DNA of 64,000 nt from Bacteroidales bacterium (GCA_031553535.1 JAVBLM010000019.1:249528-313527); one strand, 5' to 3'; shown: positions 26,996-37,896, counted from the stretch's first letter. The notes: generated from the letters alone by a model not told the origin. Made by a program: numbers and translations.

Positions 26996-27144
26996 AATAA
27001 TTTTTCCGAAGATGTCTAATATCACAAGAACGTTTATCCATAATAAAATAAAAGGATTCAACCAAACGTTAGCTAAATGATATAATATTTACTATCATTA
27101 TTCACAGGAAATAATAGAATTCGGATAACAATTAAAATAATAAA

Positions 27145-27837
27145 ATGAAAAAAATAACCGTAATGATAATCTGTGCATTATTCGGCGGAATGATTGCCTC
27201 GGCACAAAAAAACTTCCTGGATGTTAATTATGTTGAAGTTTCAGCCACAGCAGAAATGGAAGTGACACCGGACAAAATCTATTTGAAAATAGTTATCGAT
27301 GAAAAAGACAGCAAAGGAAAAATATCTATCGACAAGCAAGAACAAGATATGATTGCTGTGTTAAAAACAATTAATGGTATCAATGTGCCGGAAGATTTAA
27401 CAATGAAAGATCTGGAAAGCCAATTCAAATACAAGAGAACTTCAAATAATCAAATTCTTTTAAGCAAGGAGTACGAATTGATTGTCAAAAACGGAAAAAC
27501 AGCCAGTGAAGTTGTATCGAAACTGGAAAAGACAGGCATTTCTAATGTTTCTCTTGTCAAAGTCGATCATAGTAAAATGGAAGAATTCAAAAAAACAGTA
27601 CGTGAAAATGCCACCAAAACTGCCAAAGAAAAAGCATCTTCCCTCGCACAAAGCATAGGACAAACCATAGGCAAGGCAATTTATATTAGCGAACATCCGA
27701 ATTTTCCCCCTTACCATGCGACAGGTTATGTCAACAAAGCTGTTATGAGTGATTTTGTCGAAGGATATACTTCGGAGGTGGAACTGAGCAAGATTAAAAT
27801 AGAATCTACCGTCGAAGTTAAATTTGAACTAAAATAA
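27145..27837 (+). CDS. SIMPL (DUF541) domain-containing periplasmic protein
   Basis: Signal peptide. VEVSATAEMEVTPDKIYLKIVI and the overall layout are typical of SIMPL/26-kDa periplasmic immunogenic proteins. Confidence 0.7.
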   Translation: MKKITVMIICALFGGMIASAQKNFLDVNYVEVSATAEMEVTPDKIYLKIVIDEKDSKGKISIDKQEQDMIAVLKTINGINVPEDLTMKDLESQFKYKRTSNNQILLSKEYELIVKNGKTASEVVSKLEKTGISNVSLVKVDHSKMEEFKKTVRENATKTAKEKASSLAQSIGQTIGKAIYISEHPNFPPYHATGYVNKAVMSDFVEGYTSEVELSKIKIESTVEVKFELK

Positions 27838-27846
27838 TTATTTCGT

Positions 27847-28425
27847 ATGACAAAAACAAACGAAATCATACGTTGCGGGTGGCAGGGCAACGATCCGCTG
27901 TATATCCAATATCATGACCAGGAATGGGGAAAAGAAGTGACGGATGATCACAAAATGTTCGAATTCCTTATATTGGAAAGTGCCCAGGCAGGATTGAGCT
28001 GGATAACAATCTTACGAAGAAGAGAAGGTTACAGGAAAGCATTTGCTAATTTTGAAGCTGAAAAAGTGGCTGAATTCAATGCGGAAGATATCCAACGGCT
28101 TATGTCGGATACCGGAATCATCCGGAACCGGTTAAAAATTGAGGCTGCCATTTCCAATGCGCAGCATTTTCTGAAAGTACAACAGGAATTCGGCAGTTTT
28201 TGCAATTATCTTACTTCTTTTCTTCCCGAAAAGAAACCCATTATTAACAACTGGAAGAAATTATCAGACGTTCCTGCTTCCACCGAATTATCCGACCGTA
28301 TCAGCAAGGACATGAAAAAGCGAGGATTCAAATTCTTCGGAACAACTATTTGTTATGCTCATCTGCAAGCGGTAGGTTATGTGAACGATCATTTATCCGA
28401 CTGTCATTTCAGAAACCGGCATTAA
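27847..28425 (+). CDS. tag: DNA-3-methyladenine glycosylase I
   Basis: CGWQGNDPLYIQYHDQEWG and a C-terminal Cys/His zinc site. Confidence 0.9.
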   Translation: MTKTNEIIRCGWQGNDPLYIQYHDQEWGKEVTDDHKMFEFLILESAQAGLSWITILRRREGYRKAFANFEAEKVAEFNAEDIQRLMSDTGIIRNRLKIEAAISNAQHFLKVQQEFGSFCNYLTSFLPEKKPIINNWKKLSDVPASTELSDRISKDMKKRGFKFFGTTICYAHLQAVGYVNDHLSDCHFRNRH

Positions 28426-28436
28426 AAGATTCTCCG

Positions 28437-29627
28437 CTATAGATCTCTCATTAACTTTATAGCCAAATAAGACATAAGCGCGGGTGACATCCGAAGGGAT
28501 TGTTCATTAATACGGAATTCTGAACTATGCAGATTGATATCATACCCATCAATTCCTGTTCCTAAACGATAAAAAACAGAAGGAACTCGACGCGAATAAT
28601 AGGCAAAATCTTCTGCCGTCATCCGGTAATCAAGCCGGAGGACATTCTCTGCTCCACAAAAATCCCGGGCTACTGCCATAGCGTTACAGGTTAAAGCATC
28701 ATTATTGGTTAATACGGGATAACCTTTATCTATACGGACTTGAGCATTCCCGCCCATTTCTTTTGTCACACGCTGAGCAATATTTACAATTAACTGATGT
28801 GCTTTTTTCCGCCATGTTTCATCGAAGGTCCGTAAGGTTCCTTCCATGCGAACTTCGTCGGGAACGATATTGGTCTTCCCTTCCCCCAGTATTCTTCCAA
28901 AAGTAAGTACGCTCGGACGATCCTTAGGTGCTTTTTCCGAATAAACAGCATTCAACTCGAGTAACAATTTGGAAGCAATTAAAAGCGGATTAATAAACAT
29001 TTCAGGAATCGCCGCATGCCCTCCCTTCCCTATCACGGTTATATATATTTCATCCGTCGAAGCCATATAATCCCCTGGTTTCATTCCGATTTTACCTGTT
29101 TCTATTTCGGGAGAGACATGAAGCCCGAGAACAGCATCCACTTTCGGATCTTCCAACGCACCGGCTTCGATCAGTTGTATTGCACCGCCGGGAAATTTTT
29201 CTTCCGAAGGCTGGAAAATTAATTTAACGGTTCCTGTCCATTTCTCTGTCAGCTCCTGTAGTATCCGTGCTGTCGTAATTAAAGAAGCCATGTGAGCATC
29301 ATGTCCGCAAGCATGCATAACTCCTTTGTTGGAGGACTGATAATCCAGGTTGTTCTTTTCTTCGATAGGCAATGCATCCATATCTGCCCGGAGAGCGATT
29401 ACCTTACCTGTTGCTTTTTTACCTTCTATTAAAGCAACAACAGCCGTATTGTCGAGATACATATTCGTTTTAATGCCATAACGGTTCAACATTTCGGCAA
29501 TAAATCCGGCGGTATTAAATTCCTGTCCCGACAACTCGGGATATTGATGTAAATGCCTCCGAATGGCAACTGTATCTTCAAAATATTGTTCGGATAATGC
29601 TTTTACCTGCTCTTTTAAATCATGCAT
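28437..29627 (-). CDS. M20 family amidohydrolase (N-acyl-L-amino acid amidohydrolase / hippurate hydrolase-like)
   Basis: RRHLHQYPELSGQE, ALRADMDALP and HACGHDAH motifs. Confidence 0.85.
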   Translation of the reverse strand: MHDLKEQVKALSEQYFEDTVAIRRHLHQYPELSGQEFNTAGFIAEMLNRYGIKTNMYLDNTAVVALIEGKKATGKVIALRADMDALPIEEKNNLDYQSSNKGVMHACGHDAHMASLITTARILQELTEKWTGTVKLIFQPSEEKFPGGAIQLIEAGALEDPKVDAVLGLHVSPEIETGKIGMKPGDYMASTDEIYITVIGKGGHAAIPEMFINPLLIASKLLLELNAVYSEKAPKDRPSVLTFGRILGEGKTNIVPDEVRMEGTLRTFDETWRKKAHQLIVNIAQRVTKEMGGNAQVRIDKGYPVLTNNDALTCNAMAVARDFCGAENVLRLDYRMTAEDFAYYSRRVPSVFYRLGTGIDGYDINLHSSEFRINEQSLRMSPALMSYLAIKLMRDL

Positions 29628-29649
29628 TATAAAACCTTATTATTCTATA

Positions 29650-29657
29650 CAAAAGTA
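29650..29657 (-). promoter_or_regulatory. putative -7 promoter box (TAnnTTTG)
   Basis: The minus strand reads TACTTTTG, 23 nt upstream of the ATG at 29627. Confidence 0.45.
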
Positions 29658-30265
29658 CATTAATTTTCTACTCGGAATAAGTTGAAGACAAACAATCTCC
29701 TTGGTAATATGTTCTTTGTCGGGTTAGAAATATCTGCCCATCTGGAATACAAGCCTTTCTATTCTCTCCATCACGATACCATAATTCAGTGTTTATATAC
29801 GGCAATTTAACTTTGAAAAAGACCAATACTCCAGAATAAACAGATAATTAAATAAATAAAAGCTTTTTCCATAATTGAATACATCTTCTATAGCTCTTCT
29901 CACATAATATTCAATTTCACTTTTCTATAACTATCATTTAATACACAATGTTGGATGTTCTATTCTTAAACAAACTGATATAATTGAGTAAAATTAAATC
30001 TTTGTCCATCCTAAAAAAACATAAAGAAATGATAAATACGAATAATTTCTTCTTCATAAAATCATTGATTTCTTTCTGCAAACATACAATTATTTTTTAT
30101 ACAAAACCTGAAATATCTTATACATTTATCCACTTTTTCATAAACATTTAAAATAATTTCGTACACCCGAACATTATTTTTCACTTAGTAATCTGAATTA
30201 CGTTCTTTTATCCAGATGAAAATGTAAAAGATTTCGAATTTACTTTAACCATATACTTTTTTTTG

Positions 30266-30273
30266 TATTTTTG
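30266..30273 (+). promoter_or_regulatory. putative -7 promoter box (TAnnTTTG)
   Basis: TATTTTTG, preceded by TTTG, 128 nt upstream of the ATG at 30401. Confidence 0.4.
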
Positions 30274-30400
30274 TAAGCAAGAATGTAATTATACAAAATT
30301 AATCAAGATAAACAATGAAACATTTTCTATTGTTTATGCCTGTAAAATTAATTCTTAACACAATATAACATTATTATCAAAAAAGAAATCACAATCTTAT

Positions 30401-31054
30401 ATGGACAAGAAATTTGCAATAATTATCGGAGGCTGCGGGCATCGAGATGGTTCTGAGATACATGAAACCACGATGACAATGTTAGCTATTGAAAACAACG
30501 GTGCCACATATGAACTATTCGCTCCGGATAGAAATCAGTACCATGTTATTAACCATATTACAGGAGAGGAAATGGCAGAAAACAGGAATATGCTCGTAGA
30601 AGCAGCCCGCATTGCCAGAGGTAAAATCAAAAGTCTGGATGATTTTAATGTCAATGATTTTGATGCGGTTATCTTCCCTGGAGGATTTGGTGTTGCTAAA
30701 AACTTTTTTAATTATGCTTTTAAAGGTCCAAAAGCAACCGTGGATCCTCAGATAGAACAAATTATCAAAGAAATAAAGGCAGTGGATAAACCCATCGGTG
30801 CGCTATGCATTGCTCCTGTTCTACTGGCAAAAGTATTAAAAGGAATCACTGTAACTATTGGGAATGATGATGCTACAGCGCATGACATTACAGTTATGGG
30901 AGGACATAACATCAATACTTCTTCCGGAGAGGTTATCTCTGACAAAATAAATAAAATTTTCAGCACACCTGCTTATATGCTGGACGCAACCATTTCGGAT
31001 ATAGCAGAAGGTGCGAATAATCTTGTTTCTACTATGCTGGACAATATGCAATAA
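30401..31054 (+). CDS. elbB: isoprenoid biosynthesis glyoxalase ElbB (DJ-1/PfpI superfamily)
   Basis: The N-terminus KKFAIIIGGCGHRDGSEIHETTMTMLAI, together with PIGALCIAP, is typical of ElbB. Confidence 0.8.
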   Translation: MDKKFAIIIGGCGHRDGSEIHETTMTMLAIENNGATYELFAPDRNQYHVINHITGEEMAENRNMLVEAARIARGKIKSLDDFNVNDFDAVIFPGGFGVAKNFFNYAFKGPKATVDPQIEQIIKEIKAVDKPIGALCIAPVLLAKVLKGITVTIGNDDATAHDITVMGGHNINTSSGEVISDKINKIFSTPAYMLDATISDIAEGANNLVSTMLDNMQ

Positions 31055-31122
31055 ATAAAAACAGTATTTCTATTTATTAGTCTAAAATCAATACTTTAGT
31101 AAATCATTTAAAATAGATACAA

Positions 31123-32526
31123 ATGAAATTAAAATTCAGTTTAATTATATTTGCCCTTTTTGCAGTAAACTTTAATATACAGGCACAGACAAAAGAGGGA
31201 GGCATTAGTTCTGAAATGCTAAATACTATTAAGCAATCGTACAAAACAACTCCCGAAACAAAAGCATTGCAAAATGCTATTATGGGAAATGACATCAACA
31301 AACTTGCAATAAACCAAAGTAATAATATAAGTAATGATACGTATTTCTCCAATCGTGTCAATTCTAAAGGGATCACAGACCAGAAATCATCCGGCAGATG
31401 TTGGATTTTTACGGGAATGAACGTTCTGCGTGCAAAAGTAATTGCAAAACATAATTTAAGTGAGTTTCAATTTTCTCTCAATTACCCTTTCTTTTGGGAT
31501 CAGCTGGAAAAAGCCAACTTATTCTTACAAGCTATCATAGACACCCGTTCTAAACCTATGGATGATAAAACGGTAGAATGGTTATTTAAAAACCCTATCG
31601 GTGATGGTGGTCAATTTACAGGAGTGGTAGATTTGGTCACAAAATATGGTACCGTTCCCCAGGAAATAATGCCGGAAACAAATAGTAGCAATAACACGTC
31701 TCGCATGTCGCAGCTTTTAGCTTTGAAATTGCGGGAATTTGGATTGCAATTACGTGAAATGGGAGGTAAGAATACAAAGAATGAAGATTTAGCAAAGAAA
31801 AAAACAGAAATGTTAGGTATAATCTATCATATGTTAGTTCTGAATCTGGGAAAACCTCCTGCTGAATTTACTTGGACACAAAAAGATAAAGATGGAAAAC
31901 CGGTAAGTACAAAAACATATACTCCGCTTTCTTTCTACAAAGAATTTGTAGACGTAGATATGAGTAATTACGTAATGATCATGAATGATCCGACAAGGGA
32001 ATACAATAAAGTATATGAAATAGAATACGATCGGCATGTTTATGATGGCCGTAATTGGAAGTATTTAAACTTATCGATGGAAGATATCAAAAAAATGGCA
32101 ATATCATCAATAAAGGATAGTACTATGATGTATTTTTCCTGTGATGTCGGAAAGTTCTTAAGCAGGGAAACAGGTTTTTTGGATATTAATAATTATGATT
32201 ACGGATCCCTGATGGGAACCGGTTTTAATATGAATAAGAAACAACGTATCCAGACTTTTGCCAGCGGATCTTCCCACGCCATGACATTATGTGCCGTTGA
32301 TCTGGATGATAATGGAAAACCAAAGAAATGGATGGTTGAAAACAGCTGGGGTGCTAATTACGGCGGATATAAGGGCCATCTTATTATGACCGATGAATGG
32401 TTTGATGAATATATGTTCCGTTTGGTTGTGGATAAAAAATATATTCCTGCGAACATTCAAAGTTTATTAGATCAAAAGGCTATTCAATTGCCGCCTTGGG
32501 ATCCTATGTTTGCAATGGAAGAGTAA
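31123..32526 (+). CDS. pepC: aminopeptidase C / bleomycin hydrolase-like C1 peptidase with signal peptide
   Basis: QKSSGRCWIFTG catalytic Cys context, HAMTLCAV His context, ENSWG. Confidence 0.85.
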   Translation: MKLKFSLIIFALFAVNFNIQAQTKEGGISSEMLNTIKQSYKTTPETKALQNAIMGNDINKLAINQSNNISNDTYFSNRVNSKGITDQKSSGRCWIFTGMNVLRAKVIAKHNLSEFQFSLNYPFFWDQLEKANLFLQAIIDTRSKPMDDKTVEWLFKNPIGDGGQFTGVVDLVTKYGTVPQEIMPETNSSNNTSRMSQLLALKLREFGLQLREMGGKNTKNEDLAKKKTEMLGIIYHMLVLNLGKPPAEFTWTQKDKDGKPVSTKTYTPLSFYKEFVDVDMSNYVMIMNDPTREYNKVYEIEYDRHVYDGRNWKYLNLSMEDIKKMAISSIKDSTMMYFSCDVGKFLSRETGFLDINNYDYGSLMGTGFNMNKKQRIQTFASGSSHAMTLCAVDLDDNGKPKKWMVENSWGANYGGYKGHLIMTDEWFDEYMFRLVVDKKYIPANIQSLLDQKAIQLPPWDPMFAMEE

Positions 32527-32568
32527 AAAAAAAGCGGATTAACTTTTATATAATCCGCTTTTTTTTAT
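32527..32568. terminator. bidirectional rho-independent terminator between convergent pepC and comB
   Basis: A-run, then AAAGCGGATTA-acttttata-TAATCCGCTTT, then a T-run. Confidence 0.75.
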
Positions 32569-32586
32569 CACGACTCATGTTATTCC

Positions 32587-33306
32587 TTATTGATAATTAA
32601 TAATTGCACCTCCCTCCAATACAGGTACTACAGAACAAGTATCCAATTCAAAACAATATGGAACACTTTCTCCCATTCCCAAAGTATATAAACGCTGATA
32701 ATGCTCGGAACGGGATGCATAATTAACCAGATCATTCTTTGCGTTTTTCCATAAATCCATTGATGCAATTACACTATCATCATTGAATCCGAATTGTTCG
32801 TCAGAAGTCAAATTCTCACACACTGCCCCTGCAAATAAAGTGTCTTCCAAAGAAAAGCGATATTTCCATCCCGAACATACAATAACAATATCCTGATTAA
32901 GTGCTCTTAACTTAGCACATAAAGCAGAAATATTCACAAATGCGCCTAAAATTACCTTTTCCGCAGAATTTGCTATCGATAAAGCACGTGTTCCGTTAGT
33001 TGTACTGATAGCAATAACTGCATTGTTTATATCAGCATCTATCAATTGAAGAGGGGAATTCCCATAATCGGCAAAATCAGATTGAATACCATCACGTTCC
33101 GAAACAATCACACATCCATTTTTTTTAAACTCTGCCAGTTTATTCATATCCGTTACCGGAATTACTTTTTGAGCTCCTTGTGCAAGGGCAATCGCAATCG
33201 TAGTAGTGGCACGTAAGATATCTGCGACTACTGCTATATGATTACTTCCTGTCGTTTTACGATATTGGTATAATTCGGGGACTAAACAAACTTCAATAGT
33301 ACTCAT
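32587..33306 (-). CDS. comB: 2-phosphosulfolactate phosphatase family protein
   Basis: VVADILRATTTIAIAL motif, 239 aa. Confidence 0.75.
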   Translation of the reverse strand: MSTIEVCLVPELYQYRKTTGSNHIAVVADILRATTTIAIALAQGAQKVIPVTDMNKLAEFKKNGCVIVSERDGIQSDFADYGNSPLQLIDADINNAVIAISTTNGTRALSIANSAEKVILGAFVNISALCAKLRALNQDIVIVCSGWKYRFSLEDTLFAGAVCENLTSDEQFGFNDDSVIASMDLWKNAKNDLVNYASRSEHYQRLYTLGMGESVPYCFELDTCSVVPVLEGGAIINYQ

Positions 33307-34439
33307 TATTCAAAGAAATGTTTTACCCGTTGGAAAAAACTTGCCTGTTTCGGGGGTTGGGGTTTGAAATTTTCCGACTTCGCCATTTGCTCCATCATCT
33401 GTTTTTCGTCCTTACTCAAATGCTTTGGAACCCATACATTGACATTAACAATCAAATCTCCTTTTCCGTAACCTTGCATATCTGGCAAGCCTTTCCCGTT
33501 CAAACGCAATAACGTTGATGGTTGTGTTCCGGGAACAACTTTAACTTTCGCTTTCCCTTCTAAAATAGGTATTTCAACAGTATCACCCAAAGCTGCCTGG
33601 GAAAAAGAAATATAATGTTCCAAATACAAATTATTACCGTCCCGTTCAAAAACAGGATGTTTCTCTTCCTGAACCAAAACAAGCAGATCCCCGCTTTCTC
33701 CATTATTAGGAGCAGCATTGCCTTTGCCACGCATAGCAAACTGCATACCATCAACAACTCCGGCCGGTATCCTGATCGAAGTAACATCTTCACCTTTTAC
33801 AACTCCATTACCTGAACAATCCAGACATTTTTCTGTCACCATTTTACCCGAACCATGACATGTAGGACATTCTGCTTGAACCTGCATTTGTCCAAAAATC
33901 GATTGCTGAGTCCTAACCGTATAACCATACCCATTACATGTACTACATGTTTTTACGGCATCAGGATTCTTTGCTCCGGTTCCATTACAGGTATCGCATT
34001 TTACATGTTTTTGAACTTTAATGTTCTTTTCTACGCCTTTGGCAATTTCCTCCAGTGTTAACTTTACCTTGATCCGAATATTCGATCCTTTTTGAACAGA
34101 ATGACCCGGTCGGCGCGAAGAACTCCCTCCAAAACCACTGAAACCAAAGCCCTCGAAAATGCTGCCAAACTGGCTGAATATATCGTCCATATTCATACTA
34201 TGTCCGCCAAAACCATTCATCCCGGCATGCCCATATCGATCATACCGAGCACGTTTATCATCATTACTCAGTACTTCATATGCTTCCGCAGCCTCTTTGA
34301 ATTTATCTTCAGCAGTTTTATCACCGGGATTTCTGTCAGGATGATATTGTAGTGCTTTCTCCCTATATGCTTTTTTTATTTCATGGATAGTTGACGTTTT
34401 AACAACACCTAATATTTCGTAATAATCCCGTTTCCCCAT
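33306..34439 (-). CDS. dnaJ: molecular chaperone DnaJ
   Basis: [13 protein letters not shown]-domain with HPD, a G/F region, and four CxxCxGxG zinc motifs. An alternative ATG at 34451 overlaps the grpE stop by 1 nt. Confidence 0.95.
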   Translation of the reverse strand: MGKRDYYEILGVVKTSTIHEIKKAYREKALQYHPDRNPGDKTAEDKFKEAAEAYEVLSNDDKRARYDRYGHAGMNGFGGHSMNMDDIFSQFGSIFEGFGFSGFGGSSSRRPGHSVQKGSNIRIKVKLTLEEIAKGVEKNIKVQKHVKCDTCNGTGAKNPDAVKTCSTCNGYGYTVRTQQSIFGQMQVQAECPTCHGSGKMVTEKCLDCSGNGVVKGEDVTSIRIPAGVVDGMQFAMRGKGNAAPNNGESGDLLVLVQEEKHPVFERDGNNLYLEHYISFSQAALGDTVEIPILEGKAKVKVVPGTQPSTLLRLNGKGLPDMQGYGKGDLIVNVNVWVPKHLSKDEKQMMEQMAKSENFKPQPPKQASFFQRVKHFFE

Positions 34440-34450
34440 AGAATCACCCA

Positions 34451-35095
34451 TTATTGATAAATTATAACCTTTGAAAAGCGAATTACCTTATCATTCAGCA
34501 TATATCCTTTTTCTATTTCTTCGACTATCTTCCCCTTATCTTCTTCCTTGGAAGCAGGAATAGTGCCTATGGCTTCATGATAATCGGTATCGAATAACGC
34601 ATCTTTTGTATTTATCGCTTTCAATCCTTTTTGCTTTAATAAATTATTCATTTTCTGAGAAATAAGCATCTCTCCTTCTTTTATCGAATCTAAATCAACA
34701 TTAGGGTTTTCACTATATTTTATTGCACGTTCCATATCGTCAAGTATGGGCAATAAACTGGTAATAATTGACTCCGAAGCATTTTGAATCACTTCCAGTT
34801 TTTCTTTTTGCGTACGTTTGCGATAATTGTCAAATTCCGAATACAAGCGTAAAAACTTATCTTGTAACTCCGCATTATCAGCTTTTATTTTTTCTATTTC
34901 CTGTTGCAAATCATCAGGGATTGCCTGTTTTGTTTTTTTATCTTTCTTATTAAATAATCCTGACTTTTTGGAAGTCTCATTTTTCTCATTTTCAACAGAT
35001 AATGGCTCAACTTCTATATTCTGCATTTCTTCCGTATCATCCATGTCAAAATCTTGTATTTCTTGGTTTTCCATGTCTTCTTTTTGCTCTTCCAT
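34451..35095 (-). CDS. grpE: nucleotide exchange factor GrpE
   Basis: Acidic N-terminus, a coiled coil, and [12 protein letters not shown]. The track start at 35167 is TTG and lies upstream of a -7 box, so the ATG at 35095 is preferred. Confidence 0.9.
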   Translation of the reverse strand: MEEQKEDMENQEIQDFDMDDTEEMQNIEVEPLSVENEKNETSKKSGLFNKKDKKTKQAIPDDLQQEIEKIKADNAELQDKFLRLYSEFDNYRKRTQKEKLEVIQNASESIITSLLPILDDMERAIKYSENPNVDLDSIKEGEMLISQKMNNLLKQKGLKAINTKDALFDTDYHEAIGTIPASKEEDKGKIVEEIEKGYMLNDKVIRFSKVIIYQ

Positions 35096-35137
35096 ACTCC
35101 TTTTTATTTTCTTATTTTTTATATCCAAATAACTTGC

Positions 35138-35145
35138 CAAATTTA
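35138..35145 (-). promoter_or_regulatory. putative -7 promoter box (TAnnTTTG) for grpE-dnaJ
   Basis: The minus strand reads TAAATTTG, 43 nt upstream of the ATG at 35095. Confidence 0.45.
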
Positions 35146-35170
35146 CAAAAATGTCAAAATGGCACAAAAT

Positions 35171-35204
35171 TATAAAAAAGAGGCTGTCTTTTAAGACAAC
35201 CTCT
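35171..35204 (-). terminator. rho-independent terminator after the OMP gene
   Basis: GAGGCTGTCTT / AAGACAACCTC hairpin (one mismatch), followed on the minus strand by a T-run. Confidence 0.6.
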
Positions 35205-35235
35205 TCTATTTAAGATGGTCATATAAGACCGAAGA

Positions 35236-35928
35236 TTAGAATTTCCAACCTAAACGAATTGCCGGATTTGCAAAGAAATTAAGTCCAAAAGTGGATGTTG
35301 TAGGTTTTGTTGTCACAGAAGTCTCTGTTCCTCCAACTACAGTTTTTTCTTTCACCTTTTGGGGTTGCTCAAAGCCTAAGCCAAATCCAATTTCCGCACC
35401 AATATATAACCCATTAACAATATACCAGTTAAAACCTGTTACCAAGGCAAAGTTTACAAATATACTTCCTTCTTTCATTCTGTAAGAATCTCCTGAAATA
35501 TAGTTGAGATTTGCAATATTCTGCGTTTGCGTACCGATACCAAAGCCAATAACAGATCCAACATAAGGAGAAATACGTTCTGTTCCTTTAAAATGATAGT
35601 TCATCCCCAAATTTAAGCCAAATGATGTAGTATTGTTTTTTTCCGTTTCGGTTGCCTGACCTTGCGATGCATCTGTCGTCTTATCCTTATCTGAATCAAA
35701 TCCAAATAAGAAATCCCCTCTCAACTCTATTCTGTCTGTGCAAAAATACCTGGTAGAAACACCAAATATAGGAACATTATTACTACCTAGGGTTTGTATT
35801 ACGTTATTCCCTAAAGGCCTGAATTGAACCTCTAAACCAAAAGTACCACCCGTAGGTTTAATTTGCTCTTGTGCTTGTGCAGAGCCAATTACTAAAACAG
35901 CTGCTGCAAATAAAATAATTTTCTTCAT
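35236..35928 (-). CDS. outer-membrane beta-barrel protein (OmpW/porin-like)
   Basis: Signal peptide MKKIILFAAAVLVIGSAQAQ, alternating strands, and a C-terminal ..RLGWKF. Confidence 0.7.
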   Translation of the reverse strand: MKKIILFAAAVLVIGSAQAQEQIKPTGGTFGLEVQFRPLGNNVIQTLGSNNVPIFGVSTRYFCTDRIELRGDFLFGFDSDKDKTTDASQGQATETEKNNTTSFGLNLGMNYHFKGTERISPYVGSVIGFGIGTQTQNIANLNYISGDSYRMKEGSIFVNFALVTGFNWYIVNGLYIGAEIGFGLGFEQPQKVKEKTVVGGTETSVTTKPTTSTFGLNFFANPAIRLGWKF

Positions 35929-35991
35929 GACAATATCTTTTAATTAATTTTTACTTTAAATTTCTAGATTTTTACACAAAAATTTGAATTG

Positions 35992-35999
35992 CAAAATTA
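35992..35999 (-). promoter_or_regulatory. putative -7 promoter box (TAnnTTTG)
   Basis: The minus strand reads TAATTTTG, 64 nt upstream of the ATG at 35928. Confidence 0.4.
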
Positions 36000-36041
36000 G
36001 GAAAACAAAATTCATCCCAGTTTTAGGGTTTTAATAATTAT

Positions 36042-36959
36042 TCAACTGTTTATTGTTGATAGAATTATTTGCAATTTTTGTGAATCGGATAGAGATGTAT
36101 CAATATCGGTCATCTGAAAGCCATTTCGTCGCATCCGGTTAAACCACGTTTGTTGTCTTTTCGCAAATTGTCCGATAGCCATTAATAATTTTGAAGTCAT
36201 CTTTTCATAATCCATCATATCTGCAAGATATTGGGAAATAAATCTATACTCTAATCCGTAATAAAGCAAATCATCCATTGAAACTCCGGAATCTAACAGT
36301 AATTTTACTTCTTCTATCATTCCATTTTCCAAGCGTTGTGTCAATCGCGAAGCTATACGTTCACGCAAAACAGACCGCTCAATAGAAAGATAAAAAAGGT
36401 TATACTTCACTTGTTCATTATACCAGAGAGGATTTTGATCATAATACAAAGCTATTTCCAATGCACGAACAAGCCGTTCCCTGTCAAGAATATCCGTATT
36501 GTTATGAAGTGATTTATATGATTTAAGTTTCGCAATCAATTCATCCATTGAATATTTTTCGGCATCTTTTCGAAACTCATCATTGACCGGCACTTCATCC
36601 AATCGATATTTATTGCTAATCACAGATTCTATATACATTCCACTCCCTCCACAAAGAATAGGAATTTTATTCCTGCCAACAATATCTTGATAAGCTAATT
36701 GGAAATCATGCTGGTATTCGTACACGTTATAATGATACCCAGGGTCAACAATATCTATAAGATGATATGGAATCTGTTTCCCTGTTATGGAATATTCATC
36801 TAGATCTTTTCCTGTTCCAATATTCATCTTTCGATAAACTTGACGAGAATCAGCGCTAATGATTTCACCATTTATCTCATTAGCTAACCGCACAGCTAAA
36901 TGTGTTTTCCCACATGCAGTAGGCCCTACAATACATAATAAAGGAATGTTGCACATCAC
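36042..36959 (-). CDS. miaA: tRNA dimethylallyltransferase
   Basis: P-loop GPTACGKTHLA, with ISADSRQVYRKMNIGTGK. Confidence 0.9.
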   Translation of the reverse strand: MMCNIPLLCIVGPTACGKTHLAVRLANEINGEIISADSRQVYRKMNIGTGKDLDEYSITGKQIPYHLIDIVDPGYHYNVYEYQHDFQLAYQDIVGRNKIPILCGGSGMYIESVISNKYRLDEVPVNDEFRKDAEKYSMDELIAKLKSYKSLHNNTDILDRERLVRALEIALYYDQNPLWYNEQVKYNLFYLSIERSVLRERIASRLTQRLENGMIEEVKLLLDSGVSMDDLLYYGLEYRFISQYLADMMDYEKMTSKLLMAIGQFAKRQQTWFNRMRRNGFQMTDIDTSLSDSQKLQIILSTINS

Positions 36960-37729
36960 TGTCCGCTTTCCCGCTTATACTGAAAGAATTTACTGGCTAT
37001 CATCCGTTCTATTTCTATATCGGAAGATGTTACTAACGTATAATACGTAAAAGAACAATAGAGCATAAAATCTTCCAATTTCTCACCTTCAAGTTTTGTA
37101 ATTCGTTGAACAATCTCCGGATTATATTTTTGGGATAACCTCATTACCTCTTCTTGATTCGCTACAAGATTAGAATACATTCTCCCCATCTTCCCTTTAT
37201 GACTAAATTTATCGTACAAAAAAGAAATCGGGCTTGCTAAAGGTGTTCCCCGAAGAAGATTTCCTGCATTAATATCGTAACCTGCTTTTTCTAACGGACT
37301 TATCTCAATTCCGGGTACGTCAATTTTTTCTTGCGGAGTAGCTTTAACCAAATCTTTGATAAACAATGGATATGGTTTCATTGCGTAAATCGTAACATTA
37401 CGCAGCATCAGCGACCTCATCACCAACTTTATTGTAACCCGCCCTTTTATATTCTTTAAAGAATCGGTTACCGGAAGCATCTCCATATCATAACCTACAC
37501 GCGAAATCGCCAAAGTATCATTTTGCGTAATCAGCATAGAAAAATCCCCCGTATTATTACTGAATACCATCAATCCGGAAGATAAATTATGAATACATGT
37601 ATTTTCCAAAGGTTGGTACGTAATAAAATCAACAACCTTACCTCTGAATATAATTCTTTCTTGGGCAGAGCCATATACCGAAAGTATAAATAAAAATACT
37701 AAAGTCAAAAATAAGGACTTATGCTTCAT
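36956..37729 (-). CDS. carboxypeptidase-regulatory-like domain protein, secreted
   Basis: Signal peptide plus IFRGKVVDFITYQPLENTCIHN..TGDFSM (CarboxypepD_reg-like). It has a 4-nt overlap with the miaA start. Confidence 0.6.
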   Translation of the reverse strand: MKHKSLFLTLVFLFILSVYGSAQERIIFRGKVVDFITYQPLENTCIHNLSSGLMVFSNNTGDFSMLITQNDTLAISRVGYDMEMLPVTDSLKNIKGRVTIKLVMRSLMLRNVTIYAMKPYPLFIKDLVKATPQEKIDVPGIEISPLEKAGYDINAGNLLRGTPLASPISFLYDKFSHKGKMGRMYSNLVANQEEVMRLSQKYNPEIVQRITKLEGEKLEDFMLYCSFTYYTLVTSSDIEIERMIASKFFQYKRESGQ

Positions 37730-37752
37730 CTATTTCGTATTACAATTTAGTG

Positions 37753-37760
37753 CAAAAATA
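37753..37760 (-). promoter_or_regulatory. putative -7 promoter box (TAnnTTTG)
   Basis: The minus strand reads TATTTTTG, 24 nt upstream of the ATG at 37729. Confidence 0.45.
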
Positions 37761-37825
37761 CATAATTATTTCCAATCAACCGATCTTCGTCATTTTATTA
37801 AAACGTACAATTAATAAAAAAGTTA

Positions 37826-37833
37826 TACCTTTG
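37826..37833 (+). promoter_or_regulatory. putative -7 promoter box (TAnnTTTG)
   Basis: TACCTTTG, 64 nt upstream of the ATG at 37897. Confidence 0.45.
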
Positions 37834-37896
37834 TGAAATATAATCAATCAATTTTGCAAACTCGTATCTAACTACCAAACAACTCTTTTCTAAAAT

